This document shows, one piece after another, positions 13,997-27,265 of a DNA stretch of 64,000 nucleotides. The stretch lies in the NCBI GenBank assembly GCA_030141605.1, contig JAQGDQ010000169.1, positions 372,001 through 436,000 on the forward strand, given 5' to 3'. Positions within the stretch are counted from its first letter, which is position 1. Every line of letters starts with the position of its first letter. The position numbers and the translations under genes were made by a program. Below the pieces are notes generated by a model. It was not told where the DNA came from. It ran no database searches and was given only the letters and a program-made list of their open reading frames with translations. This stretch comes from Tubiluchus corallicola. Its lineage: Eukaryota > Animalia > Priapulida.

Positions 13997-15499
13997 TGAA
14001 ATATTTTCTTCTCAAGTCAAATTAAATTTCGAGTTGGGTCATACAAAACTCAGTAAACTTTTTGTTTTTACTGCCGCTGCAGTAAAGATACCACTGAAGT
14101 CTGCAGTGAAAGTTAAAACGTTATTTTACTTACTGATCTTTTACTGCTTTAATAAAGTTGATGTATTAAAATTTGCAAATGTCATTATTTTTGCTTAAAT
14201 CTCAAGCAAGTCACAATTTGTGTCATATGAATGCCTTATATAGAATCAATATAAAAAGTGCATTCATTTCGTATTAGGAAAAACTGATGTTACTTGTTAA
14301 CGACGATACAGTGGGTGTGTGATATTATTAAAAGATTATATATTTTTGATTTAAAAGTAATGTTGTTGTGAATTTTGTTATTTCAGTGAACTTAAATCGT
14401 CAAAAAGATTGTGAAAACAATTTCGTTGCTGGGGCTACTATTTAAGATATTGCACATTAATTTACAGCACTGTGATAAATTATATTTCAATAAACAAAAT
14501 TCGTCAAGTTCATAATAATTCAAAAATGTGCTTTTTTATTTATTTAGTTTTTGCTCTAATCGAGTGACTTTTTGTATCGCTGATTTTACAAACATAGTAC
14601 TTCTCATTCACAACCCCTTTTCTCCACAGTAATGTGATGTCCCGCTACGGAAGGGCTTATAGTAAGACTACGTTGTTTTAATCGAAATATTCGCAACTTA
14701 CAGATATTATCAATACGAGCAATTAAGAGCAACTGAAATCCAGTAAGCTAATTTGCGCTTCTTTACATTATTTAAGGCTGTGTTCTCTTCATATAACTAA
14801 CTTTCATTAAGGGCGAACTTGTGTTTAATTGGTACTCAGGATTTTCAAATCATGACTGAGAGTGACTAAAATTGCTTACAACTACCTATAACGACCTTTG
14901 CATTCAAAAGAGAAGGGTTCAAGTTAAATACGTATGTGCCTCGTTATCTGCTATGTTTTTTGATGCAAAAAGTTTGAGTCACAAATGAAAATGATCGGGA
15001 TTATTGATGAGTGCGCTATTCACAGAACTGCACTTGTAATGGACAGAGACTGGATAACAATAAACCAAGTCATTGGAACATTAGAGCATAGTGAAAAAAG
15101 AAGTCGATGTTTCTTTAATTAAAATAAGTAGAAAAGTGGTTTAATATTAGACATATTTATAGTAAATCGACAGTTAAATAAATGGTGGATAATATGTTTC
15201 TATGTATAAGGATTTTTTTCAGGCATAATGTGTCGGGCCGAATATTTTAATGCCATTGAAATTCAGTAGTTTTCAGCAAGCCTATGGAACTTTTCTCGTT
15301 GTTCCACCGTCATATTTGATGCAATATGTTCGATTGTATTTTTGGTAGATGGCAGTGGCAGTTGCTGGTAGCAGTAGTTATCAACTGCACAGCAGATGTA
15401 GCTGGTCACAAAACATTTTGATGTTGTTAAGTTACCAGTGATTTTTGGTTACCAAATTGATTGTTGTCCAATTTCTTACAACGCCTTGTACTGACAAAC

Positions 15500-16450
15500 A
15501 AGAAAATTTTTGGCCATCTTTGCAAATTACCTGAGAATCAGCTTCCAACGACTAGTGATGATCTTAAGCTGCAGCACAAAATAAATAATTGTGAGAAAAA
15601 CCTGGTATTCACGAAATTGCTGAACAAGTTGCTAACGACCGTCTTGAAGTGTATGAGCGAGCTTCAATTGCTTGCCTAACTCTAAAAGGTAAAGAGTAAA
15701 GCCTTTTTATATTACTCGTGTCCAGGAATTTAATAGAAGATTTGGCAGCCTCTTTGATGTTGCAGACAATGGCAGCGTATCATAATGAACGAAAATTTTT
15801 ACAGGGCTAACGTGATACAAGGCTGATGTATATCGGAGGAATTGATATCCAAGAAACCGATAGAATAAAGAAGAGACTTCATCGCCATGAAGGTGAAATG
15901 TGTAAAAAATCACAAAAAGATTCTCGGTTAGCCAACAAATCTCCAAAGCAGCTATTATAGCCATATTTCAGTTTTGAATCAGATGCAGAGGCTTATTTAA
16001 CTGACGATCGGGGAACGCCTGAGAAAAATGAACCACAACAGAATCGTTTTAAAATTAGAAATATCGTTCGTGAAGTAGGCAAGTAGACTATGGGCTGTTA
16101 CACAGAGCTGCAGCTGCAATAGCTTCGGCCATATTACGAATTTGATGAGAGTTACGCAATAGCCACCATAAAATCCCAACTTGTCATCACAATTTCAATG
16201 AGAAACCAATTTTCAGTATGTGTTTCGACGGGAAATATAATGGCATTATATTATTGCGAATTGTGAATTCCCCTTTGCAATGGCACATATGCTTAAAAGT
16301 GAAATAAGGCAGTTTGTTTTACCAAAATTAAACTTTAAAAGCAGTCCATTATAGTGAAATAGTGATTTGGTGCCTAATTGCCTATTGTTATACAAAAAGT
16401 GTACAAAATGTGCCAATTTGCCGTGGAGACACATGTTCCCAGAATTGAAG
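15500..16450 (+). mobile_element. Degenerate DNA transposase relic (hAT-related, possibly hATm type)
   Basis: Collinear broken-frame motifs IFGHLCKLPENQLPT, SLFDVA, RLMYIGGIDIQET, QNRFKIRNIVREV..YGLLHRAAAAIASAIL, ANLPWRHMF match my recollection of this family; subfamily unverified. Confidence 0.6.
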
Positions 16451-17675
16451 AAAGCTAAAATTTCGCACAAGAACATTTTCTCGTGAGCCCTTCATATGGG
16501 TAAAGTTCTAAAACAAATGCCCAAAAACTGTCCATTTTTTGTGATATACAATGTGTCACTATAATACGCCAAGTATAAGATCAAACTAACATGCAGAGAC
16601 TGTGTTCTCAGTATTCAATGAAGTTAAACATTTGCAGATGAGTATCTCTTCACCAGCCTCCGTGAGCAGCTTTTCACAAGCCTCCGTAATGGCTGGTTTT
16701 CCTAATGCACATCGTTGCATGGTGACTTTACAACAATGTATTGTTGTCCATGCAGAAACAGACTGGTCCAAAATGTAATTTCCCTTTGCATTTCTTTCAC
16801 TTCAAAACTGGAAACAAGCTCGAAAAAATTTAGACACACGTTTTCAGTTTTTTGCCGTGATAAAGTTTAGATCTGTCGCGGCAACTAGATTTTCGAAAGT
16901 TGCAACTGTACACTGTACAAGTTCTTTTTGTGTATGTGATGGCGCAAAGCATGAATTTAAAGAGTTGTTAAACTTGGAAATAAGTAAAGGCGTTTTTGTG
17001 TAACCAGATTTAAAAGATTAAGTCTACGATTAACCGACTCACAGAAAAATGAATGTAAAAGATCAAATTATGTAAAAGATCAGATTTAACTAGTATATGA
17101 AACTGCCACCTAAATCACACTAATACTTATTCTTTTCATATCCAGAACATTAATTATCTGCATCAACACAGTGCACCGCGACTAATTAAATAAAAATGGA
17201 AAGAAATCGTGTAATTCTTACGTTTAATTCAGCATTATGCATTTTCCAAGTAACCTATTCTAGCCTTTGCAAGAGTCCGCCCATTTCATTTGACTTTTAA
17301 GGTTCTCCTTAAAAGTATTGCTAAAATCTGTGTTGTAATGTTGCAAACAGTGCCACGTTGCATGGTGTGTTGGCAAATTTCCAACAAATTCGCAGATGTT
17401 CAAAATAAACATCGTCAACATTTCCAAATTATTTGTCAGTTATGGTAAACAACTGTAACTGACAATGAGTGCGTCAAAAATGTGTTATTTACTGTTGCAA
17501 ATATCAGCATCCGGGGCCTGTTATGGTCGTGCTGTCTGTGCAGCTGGATAAACTACAAAGTTTAGCTAGGGGAATTTACCAGTACAATAATGCTAAATAA
17601 ATCCAATATATGTAATAGCAATCCGTGTACAGGATGTCAATCCAGGATGTTGTTGATAAGTACGTACAACCGGTG

Positions 17676-17760
17676 TATATATAAAGATCGGTGACTGCCA
17701 CCTGCAAACATCAGAGCTAGATTTCAAACGTTACGTAAAAACGCCCTACCTCTGTTTCAG
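17676..17760 (+). promoter_or_regulatory. TATA box, Inr-like TCAGA and non-coding exon 1 of the CGPNYCCC gene
   Basis: TATATATAAAG at 17676-17686, TCAGA about 30 nt downstream (17711), CAG|GTATGT donor at 17760, acceptor ttgttttttacag ending 18288 upstream of ATG 18343. Confidence 0.65.
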
Positions 17761-17924
17761 GTATGTTTGCATTTTATTAAATTAGTTTCAAATTGGTGCC
17801 TTTGCTTCTCTCTAAATAAGAAATGAATGAATAGTCCATATTACAAGCAGTAAGAATTATTTAATGTTCATTTTAAACGTTCCTATAGTATAGTAGATTC
17901 TTCTTTTTGTGTTTCACTAAAATT

Positions 17925-18166
<242 letters not shown>

Positions 18167-18342
18167 AGTATTTTCTTTTCTTTGTCTCACATTCAGTATT
18201 GGACTAAATATATTAGTTACCTAAATGTGCTGAATTTTAAGAAATAAGTTAAAAACTTTTCTTTATCCAAATGCATTGTTTTTTACAGTTAATTGTCTAC
18301 TGATAGTGGTTGCAATTAATTTGTTCCGCTATTAAATTAACT

Positions 18343-18448
18343 ATGGGTACTGAGTGGTACTACCTCGGCTTTCTTATAGTAGCATGGATTGGTTTTTCTG
18401 TGGATGCTGCTCCTAGCATAGAAGAAGTTGATGTCGGTCCTCTGATGG
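18343..18448 (+). CDS. Secreted Cys-rich precursor, coding exon 1 (signal peptide and acidic pro-region)
   Basis: MGTEWYYLGFLIVAWIGFSVDA-APSIEEVDVGPLM, then G|GTAATT phase-1 donor; hydrophobic core with VDA-AP cleavage pattern. Confidence 0.82.
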
Positions 18449-18838
18449 GTAATTGCATTCGCGATTTGTATTTTTTAGAAAAGTTCAAATAGTTCCTCAT
18501 TTGAAGAAGTTAGAGTTAGTTGATAACATTACCGTAGCCATAAAGCATCAAAAATGCTGATGACAGCACAATTCAACTGTTGAAAAGCAGTTTTACACAT
18601 CACTAGATCCTGTTTCTGTCAAAATCGAATGAAGAATCCAAATTGCTTCAGCACTGGTAAGGTAAAATAAATTTTATGCGATACCAAGACATGAACCAGC
18701 AGTCTACGAGTATTCCACGACTGTAACCCTTAAAACTAAGGCAAATGGATTTCAGCAAGTTCCTTGTTCGCATTTTTACGAAGAAGAGAAGTTCATTTAT
18801 CCGTTTTTAATGTCTACTCCTCGCCATCTCTTTTCTTG

Positions 18839-18951
18839 TGGCGCGTTCAGACGTAGAGACTTCTCTCGCAACTTGTTGCCATGTGTGAACGGCTTGGCAA
18901 CGTCTCTCAGAGAACAAGTTGCGAGAGAAGTCTCTACGTCTGAACGCGCCA
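18839..18951. mobile_element. Short palindromic MITE (PIF/Harbinger-like ends)
   Basis: Perfect 39-bp inverted repeats (18839-18877 / 18913-18951) TGGCGCGTTCAGACGTAGAGACTTCTCTCGCAACTTGTT around a 35-bp spacer. Confidence 0.8.
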
Positions 18952-20091
18952 TTAGGATTTTTAGCGAGACGAGTTTGTCTGTTTGGCCTTTACGAACGGT
19001 CGAAAGACACCAAAGCAACACATTTAGCGAGGGTTCCGAGTTCATTCTATCTAAGTGGCATTAGTTACTAAGTCAGGCACAGAGAGACCATCACTGACCT
19101 TTCCGGTTTTATGAATACCCGAAAATACACCGACGACTACGACTCACAACGGGGTCATCTGACATAGTTTGCTTGAATTTTGCTTGTTTGCGCTTTTCAT
19201 TTATAAACTAAGCACCGATTGTGAATATTAGCCAGTAATATTTTTCTCGGCAATAATATAATCTTTTTTTTTTCATCCAAAACAGCAACATTTTCTTATT
19301 TCTAATACAGTACGTCGCTTAAGATAAATAATCTCAAATGAATACCTTAAATAAACTTGATAATTTTCCCTCGGGGGAGGGCACATAAGCTTAACACGGT
19401 TCAGCACCCACTTGCATATAGGTTACTTGACAAAAGGCTCTTCACGAGGCAAATTTCGAAACAAATTAAGTTAGCAAGAATTTTGTGTGAAAATGAGTCA
19501 GGTTTTCATTGGTGGAGATTTAGGAAAGCTGATCAGTGTATTAGATGCTAGCTACACTGAGCTATACACTGGTGCAACGGCAGTTCCATGATATTTGTAA
19601 AGTTTGAACGTTCTATCTGAATATTTTAAAAATCGTCTAATGTCTGCATTGTAGCACATGAAAATGTTTATTTGGTAATACTATTTTAAAAACTAAGCAA
19701 TGTCAAAACCTATTAACAAATATTGCACAATAAATTTTGTGTATTTCTGCATAAAAGTACAATGACTCATTCCTTTGGTAATACATCATTACTTACACAT
19801 TTAGCAATTATTGAGAAAATGTCATCAAAGTAAGAAAATGCTTTTTAGTTTCCATTTGCCAAAATCCATACTAAAGCTTTTTGTTTATATTAATAGTCAA
19901 ACTAGTGCACTGTTGAACTGTTTATATTTTGAAACTTATAATTTTCACAATGCACAATGTCTCGTGGCACAATGTCACAAGTTAATAATAACGAGCCTGA
20001 CTTACTAAAACAACTTACTTATCTAAAGATTTATTCAGATCACCATCACAATCAAAAGAAACGAAAAATTAAATTCTACGTATTTATTTAG

Positions 20092-20277
20092 AACACATTC
20101 GCAGTAAACGAGAAGTAGATCCTAACTGGAAGAAGAAACTGGCTCAAGCCATTTGCACATCAATAGCTCCCGCAGGATGGACCTATGCAGTTAAACGCGA
20201 TTGTCATGGTTTATATGCCGACTGCAAACAGCTATGTGCTAACTCCGTTCTCCACAGACAGGATTCACAGACAGCAA
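20092..20277 (+). CDS. Secreted Cys-rich precursor, coding exon 2 (186 nt, phase 1-1)
   Basis: tttatttag / GTAAGA; (E)HIRSKR-EVDPNWKKKLAQAICTSIAPAGWTYAVKRDCHGLYADCKQLCANSVLHRQDSQTA; conserved with the paralog at 13027. Confidence 0.88.
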
Positions 20278-21325
20278 GTAAGACAGGCAGACAGAGTAGT
20301 TATTTTATGTAATTCGGTTAGCAAATAATACTAAAATAAAGAAATGAGTTTAAATGAAATTCGTTATCAAACTGATTTTTGTTTAAATATTAGATATTTT
20401 GGAGCTTTATTAACTTTACACGTTTTCCGTTTGTTTCTTTCCATACGATACTTGTGCAATTTGGAACACTGCAAACCAAAATCCATTACTCAGCGGCAGG
20501 GTCTGCTGACTCTGATATTGCAAAACCTATGGCGAGAACTTGGGTCATTCTCAAAGTTAATTTTCTAACAACGTACTGGTAGAGGCGCTTTTTCGCGGAG
20601 AGGTTAAATGTACTGAGTAGTTGAAGACATCTATTTTGGACAAAATAGACAATGATAATACGAAATAAAAATACAAATTATTGTTATTGCTGTCATTGTC
20701 GCCTTCATTGTCATAATTAATATGACCATTAGCAAAATAATGACTGTTACCAGTCTGCCAGCAGACACCGAGGCAGCAACAGGAATTACGGTCCAGCCAA
20801 TGCAGTCTTATCAAAAATGGAAATCGAAATCTTATTTCCTTCAACGAAGGAAATGCATTTCCTTCTCTTGTGTCTTTCCACTTAAGTATAATTAACCTGC
20901 AATTTAAAATGCATATCTTCAACACTTAAACTTTCGTTTTCGTAAAAGTTTTCTAACATTCAGTTTTTAACACCTCTCAGTTTTTAACAATAATCTGAAA
21001 CTTCCAAAAGTTTAGAATTAAATCCTATGATAAGATTTTAAATGACGTCTCTGAGAACATAATCATCTTCATCAAGAAGGCGTCACAGGCATCAATCTCA
21101 TCGTTCTCTTCTTTGTTATCACTTTACTGATTTTATTGTGATCATTGTCTTCATTGGTAATAACTTTGCTACCATTATCACCATCATTGTCATTTTTACA
21201 ACAGCCTTTGCCACTTCCACTGCCTTTGGTGTCACTGCCAGTGTCATCAGCAGGATTAGACTTGCTATTGTCACATTCATTAATAATACCTTCAAAACGT
21301 ATTATAGCGTATTTTTAACTTTCAG

Positions 21326-21471
21326 ATTCGAACTGGAAGTGCATTAACTCGGTCCACGTTTACGATACTCCTACAACTGAAAGCATCAGTAAACTGGGCC
21401 CCAAGGTTTACAAATACAATAGCTGTGGAGGCGGTTGCGGCCCAAACTACTGCTGCTGCAATGTTAATTAA
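21326..21471 (+). CDS. Secreted Cys-rich precursor, last coding exon
   Basis: tttcag acceptor; (N)SNWKCINSVHVYDTPTTESISKLGPKVYKYNSCGGGCGPNYCCCNVN*; AATAAA at 21651. Confidence 0.88.
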
Positions 21472-23291
21472 TGAAATTTTTGTTGAATCAAATTAAACTA
21501 CAGGCTGAGTCACCACAACATCTTAATCAGCCGCTGTAGTCATCATTAATGAAATACAAGATTTTTGAAAAACCCCATGTGTGTACTTCACTGATAATTA
21601 CTGTAGTGACAATTAAACTGTTTGCAGTTTTACTTGTCTTTTAAAATTTTAATAAAATTGTTATTTATAATTTACAAATTTCGTAATTTTTCGCTTGAAT
21701 CTCAAGCTAGTTACAGTCTATGTTTGAATTTGTCGCATTAAATCCCTTTGAAAAACGAATTCATTTCAGATTCGAAAAGTGGCATGTATTCGTAAATTAT
21801 GACGACGTGGGCGAACTGTATGATATTATTTATAAATTATATGTTCTGGTTTAAAACAAAGTTGCGGTGACTTATAAACTGTAGCCGTGTACATTAATAA
21901 AAGAACATTAATAAAAGAATTAGTGGTCCAGTTATTATATCAGCCATATTGTTTCTTATGTGTGCCAGTGTAAAAATATGACTTATGTGGCAATTTGCTG
22001 ACTTGCAGTAAATTAAATTCCAATAAACAAAACTTTTTTAAGTTCATTCTAATACAGTGATGTTTTATTTTATTTATTTATTTATTTTACTACTACTATT
22101 GAGTAGACTTTGATAAACAGATTGATGTTTTTATAATTAAAATACCGTTTACTTGAAAAATTCTTGACTATGTAGAATTATGATATTATCGATAGGAATA
22201 AACAAGCCAAAACTACAACCCGAGGCGGTAATTTATGCTTCTTGCGTTAATTTAACAATATGTTTACTTGTTAAGGACCTAGAAAAAGAACATTATTTTT
22301 CATTCATGCTACGCAGTCACAGAAAGTAGAAGTTCTAACTGCAAAAGAAGACTAAAGTTACTTAAATTTACAGTTCCTGAATTTGGTGGCCTGCATTCAA
22401 AATTGGGATACGCACACGATCTGTGATATTCCATACTTTTTGATTCAGAAATTTTGAGGCAGAAATAAAAAGTTCAGGACATTTTATTCGCTCTTATTAT
22501 AGTTAACCAGGAGTACATTACTCCCGCTTAGTGGACAGTGATTGGACATGTTACACCATTTAAACTTATCAGAATTCACAAGGACAAGTCCTGTGAACTA
22601 CTGACTGCGGTCTGATTTCTTTATGATTCAGACAGAGTGGGGTTTAGACCCAAACTGGACCTAACGTGAAAAGTGTCGCCACTGTTTCAGTCTCTTTGCT
22701 TAGAAACTTGTTACAAATATTCGGGAAAGTGCGCTGATATTATTGTTAGTGAGAAACATGCATGCTGCACTTGTTTGTTTTATTATAAATTTATTTCTAG
22801 GAATAACCAAATCATTAAATAATCAAGTCTCATCATCACGGTTAGGCCGTGAAAAAACCAATACATCCAATGTCAATTGATCCAATCACGTATATCTCTA
22901 TAACACCAGAAGCGCATAAACCCTATTCTTGTATCAACGCCAATAAAACAGGTATTTACACAAGTGATTGAAACCTTTGTTACACTGTAACTGACTTCTG
23001 CCAACAAATGAATCAAGTTGGGGCGTGAGAGTCCGAGTTGCACAGAAATGTCAACTCGCCAGTGTTGCGAGATATCAACTGGCCAACTTAACGCAACAGT
23101 GAATGTTTGCACAATTCATTTGATACGGCTTCGAGTAGCGTCATTACATTCAGTCTTAATTATAGGTTACTTGCTAGTATAGTAAAAGCATACTAAACAT
23201 CGGATTTTAATATACTAAACGTCGAATTTACTGCTTCTTCTGCTGTCTACAGTGGCAAAATTTGAGTGTGATGAAAGAGCCTTCACTAGCA

Positions 23292-23329
23292 ATGATGATG
23301 GTGATGATGATCATAATGATAATGATGAC

Positions 23330-23395
<66 letters not shown>

Positions 23396-23400
23396 ACTGA
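23292..23400. repeat. (GAT)n microsatellite; related tracts at 23758-23805, 29160-29250, 31460-31505
   Basis: Directly visible. Confidence 0.95.
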
Positions 23401-25861
23401 TGACAGCGCGAATGATCATAATTTTTTCATCATCTACACGGTAGGATTTAACAACAGAGCCTACTTAAAATAGATGATAGCAAGGCTGGAATGCAGCTGA
23501 AGTCCAAGGGTAATCTTCTGCTGGGTCCCCGAGCAAAGACGGTGGTGAAAATGCTAAAGTCCTGAAAGTCAGCATATGCGTTGGTGATGGTGGTAACAAC
23601 GGTGATGACAACAACGACTGGTCACGGCAACAAGCGTGACGATGACGATGGTGATGACAGTGGTGGTCGTAATGACAATGGTGATGACAGTAGAAAGAGT
23701 GACAGTGACAGAAGAAAAAGACGAACTCACAACTACATCAAAAGTCACAACAAGAAGTCATCATCGTCATCATCATCATCATCATCATCACCGTCGTCGT
23801 CATCATTAATCTAGTGGGTAATTTTTTTTCAAGCCCCAATTTTGTTTCTTTATTGCGCATTACTCTGCAGTAGCAGCGGGTAGCGTGAAATGCTACAATT
23901 TTAAACATCTTAATTACTGTCTGGAAACTTTGAAGGTTTATTATTGTTTGGTTCACGACTAGTCTCTGTATTAAACATCCATTACTAGCAGCGATCTCTT
24001 TAACAAGAGCATGTGTTCTGAATATAGATGATGTTTTTCATGCTCCTCTGAGCGTCCAATCACCCAGGGGAGCGAGCAGTTCGGTCATGACGTTCAACTC
24101 GACCTAATCCAGGAGTGAGATTGAGAAGGAGAGTCAGGAGCTTCATCACGCATCCTGCATCTTAAAACTTTGCTTATTAAAAGTTGGAACGATTTTAAGA
24201 ATAAATTCTTGATGGGGAATGATTTTATTATAATAATAATAAGTCGAAAATATCTCAGCTTCACACTTTGGAGTATACTTCATGAAACGTGGTGCTAGAG
24301 CATTGTTTCAAGAATCTAGCCTGACGCCAACCGATAAGTTGTTGTTTTTGCGCATTGAGAAACAAGCATTATTTCCCATCTACATCTACGTATGAAATAT
24401 GGCTTTCGAAAAAACGATTATTTAACGTAAATCATTTCCAAAACATTATTTGCACTAGAGATATTTTAAACCATGGTCATTTTGAGTTATGGTCTAAAAT
24501 TTGCTCCTGCTTTCGCAGGGTAAGATCAGTGACTTTGATATCTCTTACAAGTTTAAAACAATTTATAAGATACAGAATTGGAATTAGAATTTCGTTTGTT
24601 TTTTACCTGTTACTAAAAATATTAGTGCAGTATAACTGTAACGAAAACAATATATAAATTTAACATTATAATTAATTTTAGTTGCTGTATAGGTGAAGGG
24701 GCGACGAATAAACATAAATTATTGAGGCAGTCACCCAAATATTTACCACAGTTTTTTAATAGTTATTACGAAGACGGATAGATTTGCAATAAAGCACATG
24801 TGATGTAAATAAATGAATAGGTAAACAAATAAATTACACAAAACGATATATAAGCTTAATTTCTGATAGAAGTACAGTAAGTATCCCGATAACCCTGATA
24901 ACATAACTTTGGACAGATTCTTTGACATTTCTGAAAGTGTGGTATCTTCAGAGCACACAATTCACACACCAGGGATTTGAAACAGTATTGATGCGCTGTT
25001 AGATGATGGCCTCTCTCTGTTTAAACAAAACAGTCAAGGAGTTCTACTACGACTTGTGCTGGTGACGAATGAAGACTATGTTTGTTTGATTACTAAACTG
25101 TTTAACGAATTTGAACAAATGACACTAAATTTTCTATTGTTCCTGGGAGTAACGACTTGGTGATAGTAATTATGATGTTGAATTCATTTTTGTTCTGCTA
25201 AAGCGATGTGGAAAGTATAGCAAACATGATCGCATACTCGACTAGTTGCAATGAACAGATTTTCATCAATCGAAGCACAATTTATAATTATTGTAAACTA
25301 TTAATAAAATTAATGAGAATAAACAATATAACATTGACCTTTTGTTGTCTCTGCTGCTGCTGCTGCTGGAGCTTGGATTAGTTCCTTTTGTCACGCAGAA
25401 ATTTGGAACTGGAATTGATTCCTTTCCTTGGCAGAAAACTAGGAGTTGGAACTGCTTTCTAAAACTGAAAGACGTTTGCAATCCTCTCTCAATGTGGTCT
25501 ACCCAAATACATGTGTACAGAATTTTCCATAAAGGTCACCACTAATTTTATTTTCAATTTTCTTTGTAGCGTTCATCAAATAGTAAACTCTTACTCAATA
25601 GTTGAGATTTTTTTGAGTTTTCATTTGAAATTTTGTTCCTATTTCTTCTGCTACCATTCTGTCTCTAGAGAGGAGGCGCAGAATTGCTGCATGGCTACAC
25701 AATTTATATAGAAAAAAGCATGGTATATGGGAATAAACCAAAATCTCTGCAGCCAAGTTTGACGACACTAAAAACTATCATTTGGTTCTTGTTGTAATTT
25801 TGATTAATTTTAATATTTTTTAAAATGATCAATGGCTTGTGAAATGCCAGATATAGCCTAT

Positions 25862-26310
25862 TAGTGTGGTCCGATGTCCTGCTTTTGGAAGGCAGTCCTG
25901 ATTTTGAGCACTCTGTCCTTCGTCCTTCTTAACCTTAAGAAGGACATTAATTTGTCCCTTTTGGGGCCTGTCTAAAAATGATTATATAAACTGACTTCAC
26001 ATGTTTTAAAAATTTACAAACAGCGAGAAACACGGGAAATGAGAGTCACAATGACCACTCTCTAACTTAGTTTTACTATTATTTTGTGCAGTTGCTGTTG
26101 ACTGCAGTGTAACCAATGGCAGATAGCTAGCATCACACAAAACAAAACATCTAAAATAAAAAATTGTTTGAATGCAATAATTTGTGTGATTACGTATTTT
26201 GCATATTATATAATACATATATACACATAACGCCATTCAACCTTTTGGGGGGGGGGGGATATGGAGCGAATGCGTCCTTCTTTTTGGAAATTTAGAAATG
26301 GCATAGCCTA
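25862..26310. mobile_element. Decayed MITE-like element
   Basis: Left end tagtgtggtccgatgtcctgctttt..cagtcctgatttt and right end gtccttcttttt..aaatggcatagccta resemble TAGGGTGACCA-type non-autonomous elements; TIRs poorly preserved. Confidence 0.3.
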
Positions 26311-27119
26311 CACAGATTTAAGTACAGTATACACAACAGTCTCTCTAGTAATAACGGTGCATACTAACGAGGCGGGATGCTAGAGTATGCGCTTGCGGCG
26401 CTTAGAAGAATCTGCTTCCTTCAGTAGATGCGATAATATAATTAGCAACCCATTTTACACACCGTCAATATTCATCAGTAGTCTAATCAGTTCGATGTTA
26501 CAATACTCAGCTAATTCTAATTATCTGCCACTAGGCTAGAACGTCACATGGTAACTCTTTCTTTCACTGTATATTTATAATTGGTTAAGAACGGCATTTT
26601 AATGCTGTAAACGAAATCCTAAAATTGGGACCATTCCAGTTTACCAACCTATTAATTAATTTGCTAAACAAACTGCCAAACAAGCCTTCCTTATTAAAAA
26701 TTCGTTCTTGCAAAACTGTTGCACATACAAAAGTGTAAAAATGTTCATTTGTTTATCTAATGTTGCAGTTAACGTTAATGATTGGTTAGCCAACCAAAGC
26801 AGGCTAAAGTAATTATCTTTTTGCGCCAAGAAAAAATGGAGAAGAATCGCAAATATTAATGATTTTTTCAGGGACAAAATTAATGTTGATAATGTGTCAG
26901 CGTTCCGAAAATCTCGTCAATTTCTGGTTCCATGCACTATGAAAACAAGCAGCCCTCGCTAAGGCTTATATGACGTCGATGAGCAAATTCTAGCGTCATA
27001 CTGATCGCAACCGTTTGTGTAATGCCAGTGTATACATTGAAATAAGAAACGCACAAAAAATGAAATAAAACAACAACCTGGCACATAAGGACATTTTCTC
27101 TGACCATCATTTGTTCTTC

Positions 27120-27146
27120 GACGACGATAATGGTAATGATGATGGC

Positions 27147-27184
<38 letters not shown>

Positions 27185-27265
27185 GGATGATGATGACGAT
27201 GATAGTGACGATGAAGGTGACGATGGCGACGACAACGAGGGCAACGATAGTGATAATGACGACAA
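27120..27265. repeat. (GAT/GAC)n microsatellite
   Basis: Directly visible. Confidence 0.95.

Noticed and set aside
23970-24155. Possible minus-strand neuropeptide ORF MKLLTLLLNLTPG...RTAR
   Set aside because: The frame stops three codons after RTAR; no coherent exon chain.
26372-26450. Minus-strand EADSSKRRKR frame
   Set aside because: Immediate stop and no convincing splice sites; does not fit the peptide-gene model.
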